From the IMG/VR virus record IMGVR_UViG_3300036819_000070: a stretch of DNA of 30,092 nt; one strand, 5' to 3'. Source of the stretch: a virus. Lineage: Duplodnaviria; Heunggongvirae; Uroviricota; Caudoviricetes. The position numbers were made by a program, and so were the translations under genes. Below the pieces are notes generated by a model. That model saw only the letters and a list, made by a program, of their open reading frames with translations, was not told the DNA's origin and did not search any database. Shown here piece after piece: positions 8,239-16,450 of this stretch (position 1 is its first letter; each line of letters begins with the position of its first letter).

Positions 8239-9438
8239 TTACAAGATCCCAAGGCCCAGCGCAAGGCCCTCAGTGGCGGTCGGGATTCGGGTGGTAATCG
8301 TGCCCGGTACGTTCGCCTTGAGTGGGATCACAATGGTATCGAGCATGCATCGGAACGGTTTGAAATCCGGCCGCAGGATGACGTCTAGCGGGTCGTTGCA
8401 TTCCAACGCGGGGTTGGGTACAACCTGCATCGTGAACGTCAGGGGCAGCGCGATGTACCGACGTAGGAGCACCTCACCGGCGAGTTCTACGTCCCCGTCG
8501 GTTTGGAGCAGCGGGGACGAGTAGTACGTCGGGCTCGGCCCGAACTGGGGGTAAGTCGGTTTGTTCCACGCTAACGGGCTGTTGCTGTCAGAATTGAAGG
8601 TTACTATGAAGTCGGTAATGCTTGATGGGTCCGATCCATAAGCGGTCACGATATTGTGTACGTCGGTTCGTTTCACTGATCGTTTCGTGCTGAGGATCGC
8701 GCCACCAGCGCCACCATGTAATGTCGCGACGGCGTGTGAGAAGTCGAACTTGAGGCTATAGACGAGCATTTCACCAGACGTCGTGAACCGGATCCCGGCG
8801 TAATAGAACTTGATCAACTGGGCGAGGTACGCGTAGGAGTCGTCCTCAACGATCTGGTCGCCGATAATAAGGGTCGCATCAGGGTCGTAACCGGTCCAGC
8901 TGATCGGCATCCGCGCGTAGAGGTACATTCCGTAACCATCGGGGCTCAATCCCGGATACGTGGCCTGTTGCGGGATGGCGATACCGTTGACGAGTCTCTG
9001 AAATACGTTGCGGTGACTATCACCGTTATTCAGCGGCAGCGGGAACGCTAACTTATTCTGTTGTAGCTGGGCGGTGCGGTCCAAACAGGTCAAGGTGATG
9101 GGGCCGAATGGTGCGGAGTCCTGGGATGCCTGTTCGATGCGGTGATATCCGAGGCCCACATATTCGGTGTCACCGGGGCCGAACTCGATGCCCCGTTCGA
9201 TGAAAATCTCCTGGCCGAACGGTTGCACGTCATCCCAGAACTCAGCGGGCACAGTAATCGTTAAAGTGCTCTTAATGTCACTCAACGATTGGATCGTTAC
9301 GTTGCCGTCAACGACCGGTAGGTCGGTTCCCGTCGGGTTCAAACCGAACTGCGGCACCGGGTTGCACAACGTCGCCCGGACAGCCATCTTGTGCGGCCCC
9401 TGCAACGCCGCCAGGAACCGATCCGAAACCGCGTGCAT
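8239..9438 (-). CDS. baseplate hub / Tal-like minor tail protein (DUF5047-like)
   Basis: 399 aa; MHAVSDRFLAALQGPH start, PFGQEIFIERGI..G..EYVGLGYHRIE, and C-terminal VPNPALECND, as in actinophage DUF5047-type hub proteins. Confidence 0.75.
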   Translation of the reverse strand: MHAVSDRFLAALQGPHKMAVRATLCNPVPQFGLNPTGTDLPVVDGNVTIQSLSDIKSTLTITVPAEFWDDVQPFGQEIFIERGIEFGPGDTEYVGLGYHRIEQASQDSAPFGPITLTCLDRTAQLQQNKLAFPLPLNNGDSHRNVFQRLVNGIAIPQQATYPGLSPDGYGMYLYARMPISWTGYDPDATLIIGDQIVEDDSYAYLAQLIKFYYAGIRFTTSGEMLVYSLKFDFSHAVATLHGGAGGAILSTKRSVKRTDVHNIVTAYGSDPSSITDFIVTFNSDSNSPLAWNKPTYPQFGPSPTYYSSPLLQTDGDVELAGEVLLRRYIALPLTFTMQVVPNPALECNDPLDVILRPDFKPFRCMLDTIVIPLKANVPGTITTRIPTATEGLALGLGIL

Positions 9439-10844
9439 CAGATGCCTACCAGTGCATCAGCTGGCGTGCCGCTCAGGGCAAGCACCGAGGACCACGTGGC
9501 GTTAGCGTTAATGACGTCCTGCCAGGTGCTGTAGTTGGTGATTAGCGTGGCCCAGGTGACCGTGTTACCGACGATCGTCACACTGGGTTGGCTTACTTCG
9601 GTCAATGGCACGGTGAACGTCGCCCGGTGGCTGATATGCGAGGGCCGCACATACTGGTAGGTCCCGATACCCGCGTACATGGTTTTCAATGCGACATTCG
9701 GTGGGATGTGGAGCAACAAAATCATGCCCAGTGACAACACCAGGTCCACGGCGGCCAGCTCGTTGTCGTCTTGGACGAACAACTCAATGGTGACGGTTCG
9801 TGGCACGTGCGTGTCGGTCGCAGCGATAGCGGTGTGCTTCGCGGTGACGGTGTAGAAACCCACGCGGGTGGTGCGTTCGAACTCGTGCCAGTCAATCAAT
9901 AACACTGACCGATTCAGGTACGGGGCCGAAACGAACTTCAACCACACCTGCGACATGTTCGGGATGATCGTGTTAACGGTGCGAGTGACATACGGTGCCG
10001 GGCGCAACGCCACGGCAGCGCCGTAGCTGATGGCCGCTGCACCACCAGTCACGACGAACGCACCAGAACTGACCCCAACCGGGGTCGCCATCAGCTGGTA
10101 ATCCCACACCAGGCCCGCATCGTTGCCGGCGGTGGCGGCGGGCTCGCCGATCTCGACGGCCCCGGTGACGGTCGCCACCGAAGTCCAGTCGTCCTGTCGC
10201 CACCCGAGGATCAGCGCGGCCACCCAGTTGGATTCGATCGCGGCCAACGCCGGGTAGGTGATGTTCTGTGCGCTCGGGTTCAGCTGCCACGCCGTGGCGG
10301 CCGGGACGATGTCAATGTTGCGGAGCGCGGCCATCTGTACGATCACGTCGGCACCGGCGACACCACCAGCGATGTTCACTACCGGTGCGGATTCCGAGCT
10401 GGTGGCCCGGCGACCGAGTAGCGCGACGTTGTCGACTGCCAGCATCGCGGTCCAACCGGCGGGGACCACGATCGAACCGGCACCGGAGTTACGGATGCTG
10501 GCCCAAATGACGAACAGGTCGCCCTCAGCCCAGCCCGCCGGCAGTGCCGGTGTGACCGATGTGTTGACGCCGGTTACTGCCGTCGAGCTGGCCACGAATG
10601 TGGGCGCGCTGACGTCGACTGCGCTGACGCGATAGAAGTTGGTCACACCGGGCGCGAACTCGTAGTCGTACACGCTGGCCGTGTTGCTGGCGATGGTGAC
10701 CGCACTGCCACCACGGACGGTGGTCCAATGGATTTGGTCGGTGGACGTTTCGAATAGCGCCACGTCGGCTGTTGCCGACAATGAGGTTGCGGTGCACAAC
10801 ACTCGGCTGAGAATGTCGTCATAAGTGAGGGTGAGTGCGGCCAT
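9438..10844 (-). CDS. distal tail (Dit)-like protein with inserted beta-rich domain
   Basis: 468 aa immediately after the tape measure; N-terminal TVRGG...YDYEFAPGVTNFYRV and C-terminal VWLK...PYLN...LLLHIP...FTVPLTEVSQP..TW halves flank an approximately 190-aa insert (ALPAGWAEGDLFVIWAS...GAAVALRP). Confidence 0.65.
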   Translation of the reverse strand: MAALTLTYDDILSRVLCTATSLSATADVALFETSTDQIHWTTVRGGSAVTIASNTASVYDYEFAPGVTNFYRVSAVDVSAPTFVASSTAVTGVNTSVTPALPAGWAEGDLFVIWASIRNSGAGSIVVPAGWTAMLAVDNVALLGRRATSSESAPVVNIAGGVAGADVIVQMAALRNIDIVPAATAWQLNPSAQNITYPALAAIESNWVAALILGWRQDDWTSVATVTGAVEIGEPAATAGNDAGLVWDYQLMATPVGVSSGAFVVTGGAAAISYGAAVALRPAPYVTRTVNTIIPNMSQVWLKFVSAPYLNRSVLLIDWHEFERTTRVGFYTVTAKHTAIAATDTHVPRTVTIELFVQDDNELAAVDLVLSLGMILLLHIPPNVALKTMYAGIGTYQYVRPSHISHRATFTVPLTEVSQPSVTIVGNTVTWATLITNYSTWQDVINANATWSSVLALSGTPADALVGI

Positions 10845-12074
10845 TTAGACGATCGACCCCCGGCCCATGCGCGCGGCGACGGCAATGCCTTGGCTCATGG
10901 CGCCGAGTTCGCTACTCACGATTTGCCGCAACTCGGTTTCCCCGATTTTGACGTTCACGTAGGTGTGCCCGCTACTGCCGCCCATCGCTGAGTTGGGTTG
11001 GACGAATCCGTTGCCACCCATGTGGAGGATCTCCGGTCCGCGTTCACCCACTAGATACGATTTGCCGCCCAGCACTGAACCGCCGCTGGCTTTCCCACCG
11101 CCGAACAGGCTGGAGAAGAATCCGCTGATACCGCTAATGATTCCGGAGAAGAACCCGCCGATACCGCCGCTTGAGGACGTGGTTCCACCGCTGCTAGAGC
11201 CGCCGGCACCGGTGACTCCACCGATCGCGCCGGCACCGCTGGTGATCGATCCGAGGCCAGCGAGGATGGGGGCGATGAAGTTCATGATGTTGGCGAGCCA
11301 GCCAGCGAGTACGGACACCAGGGGAAGCAATTCGATGAGGATGTTCGCAAACGCCGTGAACATCGTGATCATCGTGGGCAGCATGTTTTCGATGATCGGC
11401 AGGATCTTGTCGCCCATACCGGCGAATGCTGTCATCCAGTTCTGAATGGCCGCGACGACCTGCGGTTGTAGCAAGAACTGCACTAGTTTTTCTCGCAGAT
11501 TCCCCAGTGATGTGGCGATACCACCGAGGCCCGTTCCGAGGATCGGGAAGTACACCTGAGCGAGTTGAGTGACGTCACCGGAGAACCCGGCCCAGAACCC
11601 TTGCTGAATGATTCCGTAAAGGTTTTTTAGCTGCGGCTCTAGGAGCCGGATTGACATGACCGCGTCTTTCATCGCGGGCGCCATGTTTCGTGTTGCCGCG
11701 ACAAAATCAGCAGGACTGGCGGCGCTTATGGCGGCAGAGAAATTTGCCATTGCCATATGCGCGACGTTCATCGGATTGACCAGCGCTAAAAGGAATCCGG
11801 GCATGAGGAGAAACAGGCTGGCCAGCTTGCCGAACGCGCTGAAAATACCGTTTACCAGCGGTTTAACGTTGCCCGTGAGAAGTGAGGTGAACATCTTTCC
11901 GATGCTCGCCACGCCCTGCCCGAGCTTACCGATCCCGACCGCAGCGGATTTCGTAGAGCTCAACAGGTTTGATACTGAGCCCTTGAAATTGATCATGATG
12001 TTGCGCTGGGTGGGCATGCCGCCGCTGGACGACGCACCGGACCCGCCGTAATTAGACAGCCCAGGTGAAGACAC
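10845..12074 (-). CDS. tape measure protein (short)
   Basis: About 410 aa, amphipathic-helical A/G/L/I/F-rich; C-terminal ASGGSVLGGKSYLVGERGPE motif characteristic of TMP C-termini; upstream of Dit. The GTG at 12074 fits RBS GGGGAGG better than 12080. Confidence 0.8.
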   Translation of the reverse strand: MSSPGLSNYGGSGASSSGGMPTQRNIMINFKGSVSNLLSSTKSAAVGIGKLGQGVASIGKMFTSLLTGNVKPLVNGIFSAFGKLASLFLLMPGFLLALVNPMNVAHMAMANFSAAISAASPADFVAATRNMAPAMKDAVMSIRLLEPQLKNLYGIIQQGFWAGFSGDVTQLAQVYFPILGTGLGGIATSLGNLREKLVQFLLQPQVVAAIQNWMTAFAGMGDKILPIIENMLPTMITMFTAFANILIELLPLVSVLAGWLANIMNFIAPILAGLGSITSGAGAIGGVTGAGGSSSGGTTSSSGGIGGFFSGIISGISGFFSSLFGGGKASGGSVLGGKSYLVGERGPEILHMGGNGFVQPNSAMGGSSGHTYVNVKIGETELRQIVSSELGAMSQGIAVAARMGRGSIV

Positions 12075-12112
12075 GACCACCTCCCCGCTATTGAGTTATG
12101 CGCTTAACGCTT

Positions 12113-13312
12113 TTATCCCGAGTAGAACTTGGCCATGAGCGACGGGTGATCGCTGTACAGGTCGCCGTCCTGAATCAGGTTCGACCCGACCACCGGGTCA
12201 TACCCGCGAGATTCGAAACCCGTCTTTGGCATATACGCGGTGTTCCCCGCCCAACTGCCACCCTCGGAACCACCCAGCGAATTGAAACCAGGGCCAGGTG
12301 TATTCGCGCCGCTGGCGTCGTCCTGGGCGACGGTGGTGATCCCACCGAGGTTGCTCCAAGCGCCATCGGTGTTACCTGCCGCTTCGTCCTGACCTACGGT
12401 GCTGACCCCGTCAATACCGGACCACACTGAGTCATTAAAAGCGTTGCCGTAGTTCGCTTCGGCTTGGGTCGGAAAATCGGAAGGGGAAGTGAGGGCATCG
12501 CCAGTGTCACCACTGCTACCACCGCCGCCGCTGCCCCATCCGGACAGGGATTTGTTCATGGCCTGGCTGACGGCCTGTTGACCGGCCATGCCGGCTGGGT
12601 CATTCGGATCCCACGGTGGCGCTCCGCTCATCGACATCGACGTGGTTTGTGTCCACGGGTTGATAGGCGCTCCGAACAGTGACCACCTGGCCGGGCCTGA
12701 GGCGTTACCAGTGGCGTCGTAGGAACCATAGGAACCACCGCTGGAGGAACCACCGTCGGAGGAGGAACCACCACCACCGCCGCCCCCACCACCACCACCA
12801 CCGAAAAAACCACCGCCGCCACCGTAAAAACCGAAAAGACCACCGCCGGAACTACCGGAACCGTTGCCGTAGGAGCCACCTTTGTAGGCACCATCACCGT
12901 AGGTGGCACCGCTGTAGGAGCCACCGCCGTAGCCGGCACCGGAGAACCAGCTCGGCGGCTGCGCAGCCACCGGTGGTAGCGGCGCGGGGCCTTGCGTGTC
13001 CGCGCTCTGACTGGCGGATCCAATAGCACTACGGGCATTGGTGAGCAGCCCCGGACCCAACGCGTCGTTTGACTTCGTCAATTGCGACAGATCGCTGGGG
13101 TTCATTTCGGTGGTGAACGCGTCACCGTTGAGGACCGCACCGGGAACCGGGTCCTCATAAGGTTTGACGGTGGTACCGGCTACGCCCTGGTTGAGGCTGA
13201 CACCAGCGGGAAGGGCCGGCGAGTCGAACGTGTAAGCCTGGTTGGCTTGCGCGAGACCCGAGTCACCTTCCCACGCATCCGCTTCGTACTGATCACTAAA
13301 CGGACTGCTCAC
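12113..13312 (-). CDS. Gly/Ser-rich low-complexity protein of unknown function
   Basis: 399-aa ORF co-oriented and tightly packed (4 nt after the chaperone frameshift ORF). Run of about 12 Gly, GGSYG-type repeats, acidic, no Cys. Confidence 0.75.
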   Translation of the reverse strand: MSSPFSDQYEADAWEGDSGLAQANQAYTFDSPALPAGVSLNQGVAGTTVKPYEDPVPGAVLNGDAFTTEMNPSDLSQLTKSNDALGPGLLTNARSAIGSASQSADTQGPAPLPPVAAQPPSWFSGAGYGGGSYSGATYGDGAYKGGSYGNGSGSSGGGLFGFYGGGGGFFGGGGGGGGGGGGSSSDGGSSSGGSYGSYDATGNASGPARWSLFGAPINPWTQTTSMSMSGAPPWDPNDPAGMAGQQAVSQAMNKSLSGWGSGGGGSSGDTGDALTSPSDFPTQAEANYGNAFNDSVWSGIDGVSTVGQDEAAGNTDGAWSNLGGITTVAQDDASGANTPGPGFNSLGGSEGGSWAGNTAYMPKTGFESRGYDPVVGSNLIQDGDLYSDHPSLMAKFYSG

Positions 13313-13315
13313 AAC

Positions 13316-13488
13316 TCACCCCGACATCTGACGGTCGTCGTCGTCTTTATCGGACTTTTTCTTGCTCAGCAATTCCGACGCGGTGACGATGGTGCGCCAG
13401 TCCTGATCGGCCCACACGTCAGGTGCGATACCGGTAGCCACTGCCAGGGCAATGGTCAGCCGAGTCAAAGACCCGGCTGGGTAGGGTC
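13316..13488 (-). CDS. tail assembly chaperone -1 frameshift extension (gpGT-like)
   Basis: The -1 frame from GAC CCT AC (13488-13481) reads PYPAGSLTRLTIALAVATGIAPDVWADQDWRTIVTASELLSKKKSDKDDDDRQMSG-stop (TGA 13318-13316); no convincing own RBS and start. Confidence 0.65.
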
Positions 13489-13746
13489 CGCCGGCTCAGC
13501 CACCGGCTTAGCCGTCGGCTCCTCAAGGTCGACGGAGGTTTCCCATTCGGCTAGCGTCCCCGTGAAGAACCCTTGGCGTTTCGCCGCGACGTGCGTCACC
13601 GAATAAATGTCGGTGATGCGGGGGTCGTTCTCTAACCTCGTCACGGTGTGGGTTCTATCGATTTTCTCCCAGAATACGATGTCGCGGCTTTTCACCGTGA
13701 GGTCGTACGGTTCACCGCTGTCTGGGGTCACGTGGAATGTGAACAT
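13465..13746 (-). CDS. tail assembly chaperone (gpG-like)
   Basis: 93 aa between the major tail region and TMP; ends ...ADPTQPGL; followed by an overlapping -1 frame ORF. Confidence 0.75.
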   Translation of the reverse strand: MFTFHVTPDSGEPYDLTVKSRDIVFWEKIDRTHTVTRLENDPRITDIYSVTHVAAKRQGFFTGTLAEWETSVDLEEPTAKPVAEPADPTQPGL

Positions 13747-14276
13747 CAGGTCGACGTGCCGATCACGACAACCGAATATCCCACCAGTGTGCCCGAGCTG
13801 GAGTTAGCGATTTGGAGTAAATCTCCGGTGCCGGCGGTCACGGCGTAGCCGATGGCGTCAGTGGTGCCCGCGAGCCACACCAGCGTCGCGCCTGGCCGCA
13901 CAATCCCGGTGTGGGTGGTGGCACCGAACAGGCCGGCGACGGCGTTGCTGGACGCGCCGCCCACAACGACATTGTTGGTGTTCGTGGAGTCCGCTGAGAC
14001 CAGCAGCATCTTGATCCGGGCCATGGTGATGGCCCCCCCGAACGGGTCCAGTAGCGGCCCAGCGAGGTCCAACGTTTCCGACGTGGAAGCGGCCAGGGTC
14101 CGGTGATCCCACCACGCTTTGTCGGCTTGGCCGGCGGCTGTCCCGCTCGCGAGGGCCACACCGTAGTTGCTGGAAAGGTTCGCTGCTGACACACCGGAGT
14201 TGAGTGTGTTAGCGAAGTTCACCGCGACGGATAGCTGCACCACGGTACTGAGCGCGATTGCTGTGCTAGTAGCCAT
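13746..14276 (-). CDS. putative tail-associated structural protein
   Basis: 176 aa, A/T/G/S-rich beta protein directly after the major tail protein; coupled to the next gene by TGATG. Confidence 0.6.
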   Translation of the reverse strand: MATSTAIALSTVVQLSVAVNFANTLNSGVSAANLSSNYGVALASGTAAGQADKAWWDHRTLAASTSETLDLAGPLLDPFGGAITMARIKMLLVSADSTNTNNVVVGGASSNAVAGLFGATTHTGIVRPGATLVWLAGTTDAIGYAVTAGTGDLLQIANSSSGTLVGYSVVVIGTST

Positions 14277-14279
14277 GGG

Positions 14280-14744
14280 TCACCCGACCCGAGTGAATAG
14301 GGGAAGGCCGAGGACGAGCAGGGTCACGCTGGTCTCCTCTAGGGTTCTGATGTCGCCACCGACGGTGGGTGCTTTCAATACGCACGTCCCGTTCCAGCGA
14401 ATGTGTTCACCGACGATGTCGGGCATGTGGTCCAATTGAAAAGTGGCCACCGCTCGACTGTTGTTCCATAGCAGGTCTGAGATGCCACCGAAGCGCCAGT
14501 CAGCGTAGAACTTCAACTGAAGCGAGTAGTCATTATCTGTTTCAGTCCGGAACTCCGACGGGTTCCCGCAATACGTATATGTCTTAACACCGTCTACTGT
14601 ATTGTTCATCATGTTCCAGTTATTCAACTGACATGAATAGTCAACGCTGTTTAGGGTAAACGTTACGATTTTCAGACGCCGCGTGTGGACGCCTAAACCC
14701 GTTGGCGAAAAGGGAGAGCCCCCGGTGTTTACTGGTGCGGTCAT
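14280..14744 (-). CDS. major tail (tube) protein
   Basis: 154 aa; TLNSVDYSCQL...YSLQLKFYADW...F.LD...RWNGTC...PTVGGD...SVTL pattern and position after the neck genes. Confidence 0.75.
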   Translation of the reverse strand: MTAPVNTGGSPFSPTGLGVHTRRLKIVTFTLNSVDYSCQLNNWNMMNNTVDGVKTYTYCGNPSEFRTETDNDYSLQLKFYADWRFGGISDLLWNNSRAVATFQLDHMPDIVGEHIRWNGTCVLKAPTVGGDIRTLEETSVTLLVLGLPLFTRVG

Positions 14745-15133
14745 ACCATTCCCACCTCCATTTGGACCAGAATCGTGTAGGCCGGGAGTGGCCCGCTTGG
14801 ACTTGGATAAACACCGGGACCGGACCCCATAACCACGCCCGGTGTTAACCGTTCAATCGCCAACGTGATCGACCCGATTGTTGACAGCATCGCGTCGACT
14901 GCGTACTGATTCATTCCGACGACGAAATAAACGCTCCACTGCGCGGTCACGGGTCCACCGCTGAAATTGTTTTGGTTGTATCCCAGCCACATCAGCCGTG
15001 GCGGCCCCACCACCACCGCTGGCGGTGTGATGGGGGCTGCCACGGCCAGGAGCACCCGCAGATCCGGCACCGTCGCGATGGCGTCCGCGAGGCGTTGGTG
15101 CGCCCTCGCGACTGGGGTTAGCGCGGCGGTCAC
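14741..15133 (-). CDS. tail terminator / tail completion protein
   Basis: GTG at 15133 overlaps the upstream TGA (GTGA); LADAIATVPDLRV...ITPPAVVVGPP pattern and position just before the major tail protein. Confidence 0.65.
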   Translation of the reverse strand: MTAALTPVARAHQRLADAIATVPDLRVLLAVAAPITPPAVVVGPPRLMWLGYNQNNFSGGPVTAQWSVYFVVGMNQYAVDAMLSTIGSITLAIERLTPGVVMGSGPGVYPSPSGPLPAYTILVQMEVGMV

Positions 15134-15462
15134 GCGAGGCCACCGAGGATCCCGAGCTGCATCCAAATGTCGGGATCGGTTCGCATGACCATTCCGCTGC
15201 TCATGTCACCGAGCTGAACCATGCCGTTGGGGCTGACCCGACGGACGAACCATCGTGCGGCCAATCGGATGGTGCCCAGTCTGATTTCGGCGGGCACCGT
15301 CCAATCGCCGTGGTAATCGAGGTCCGGCCGGTGGTCCATTACCCAGGACATCGCGGCGTCGAGGGTTCGCTGGAGGGCCTCGTCGTCGCGGGAGGTGAGC
15401 TGGCCGTCAAGCGTTTGGTCGTTTTTCAGCTCTTCCAAAAGGACCCACGACGGATTAGCCAT
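15130..15462 (-). CDS. head-tail adaptor (HK97 gp6-like)
   Basis: 110 aa; LEELKND...DDEALQRTLDAAMSWV...EIRLGTIRLAARWFVRRVSPNG is typical of gp6/gp15-like connectors. Confidence 0.75.
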   Translation of the reverse strand: MANPSWVLLEELKNDQTLDGQLTSRDDEALQRTLDAAMSWVMDHRPDLDYHGDWTVPAEIRLGTIRLAARWFVRRVSPNGMVQLGDMSSGMVMRTDPDIWMQLGILGGLA

Positions 15463-15773
15463 CAGGTCGCCGTGACGCCTTTAGGCGGCGTGGTGTTTTC
15501 CACCACGGGCGCGGTGACATCGGGTTTACCGGAGCTGCGACCGACCGGTGTTTGGCCGGCAGGGTCAACCACTGAGGTGGTGGGCCCCTTGTAGCCCAAT
15601 TCTTTCAGTTCCCGGTAGATGCCTTGGACCCGATCCGTTTTGCCGTAGGCGATGACGTTCGGGAGTTCGGCGAGTAGCCGGCGCACGCTGCCGGCGATCC
15701 GGTGATCGACACCGAGGACAGTGTCAATCGCCGGGTTATTCGTCAGGTCCAATACTTCGTCATTGGTGGTCAT
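15462..15773 (-). CDS. hypothetical protein (head-neck region)
   Basis: 103-aa ORF translationally coupled on both sides. Confidence 0.6.
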   Translation of the reverse strand: MTTNDEVLDLTNNPAIDTVLGVDHRIAGSVRRLLAELPNVIAYGKTDRVQGIYRELKELGYKGPTTSVVDPAGQTPVGRSSGKPDVTAPVVENTTPPKGVTAT

Positions 15774-16126
15774 TCCGGGATCACCACCGCAGCGACGGCG
15801 TACGTGACGGTCGTGGAGCTACCACCCACGGTCGAAGACACCCGCACGTACTCACTGTTGACGAAAGCGGAAACGCGGGCATTGCCGGCCGCTGTGAGCT
15901 GTGTGGCGGTCGCGCCGGTGATCGCGGTCCAGGTGGTGTTGTCCGGTGAGGATTCCAGTTTGACGTCGAGCGTCGGGCTGCCGCCGGTCACAGCGGAAAC
16001 GTGCACCGAGGCGTCAACCCACATGGCATAGCCGGGGTTAGCGACCGGGCCGCTTACATACGTTCCCGGGGCCTGAGTGGCCGACGCGAGCGCCATTTCC
16101 GCCAATACTGTTCTTAGTGCTGCCAT
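15770..16126 (-). CDS. putative capsid decoration/cement protein
   Basis: 118 aa just downstream of the capsid gene; beta-sandwich pattern VHVSAVTGGSPTLDVKLESSPDNTTW...YVRV. Confidence 0.5.
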   Translation of the reverse strand: MAALRTVLAEMALASATQAPGTYVSGPVANPGYAMWVDASVHVSAVTGGSPTLDVKLESSPDNTTWTAITGATATQLTAAGNARVSAFVNSEYVRVSSTVGGSSTTVTYAVAAVVIPE

Positions 16127-16142
16127 AAGCTTTCCCCTTTAT

Positions 16143-16346
16143 TTATAGGGCGGTTGGGGTGATCAGAGCGTCTACACCGGCCACCGCTGCTGCGAGGTCG
16201 ACCCCGTAGCTCTTGCTAAAGAACTCTTCACCGTCGTAGTAGAACCTGGCGGTGCCATCCGATTGTGGGGTGATCCGGTACACGGAGTTCATGTTGAAAT
16301 ATGACGTCGCGTCCGGAACTTTGATGAACTGCACCGCCAGGGCCAT
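16143..16346 (-). CDS. hypothetical protein
   Basis: 67-aa ORF with RBS GAGGAG downstream of the capsid gene. Confidence 0.6.
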   Translation of the reverse strand: MALAVQFIKVPDATSYFNMNSVYRITPQSDGTARFYYDGEEFFSKSYGVDLAAAVAGVDALITPTAL

Positions 16347-16450
16347 GTGGGAAATCTCCTCTGAGACGAAGTAACCGTAACGCTTCCAAGATCCACAACA
16401 ATCACCAGAATAAGCGCAACAATGCGATTACGCTGAGTGATACTCGCAGG

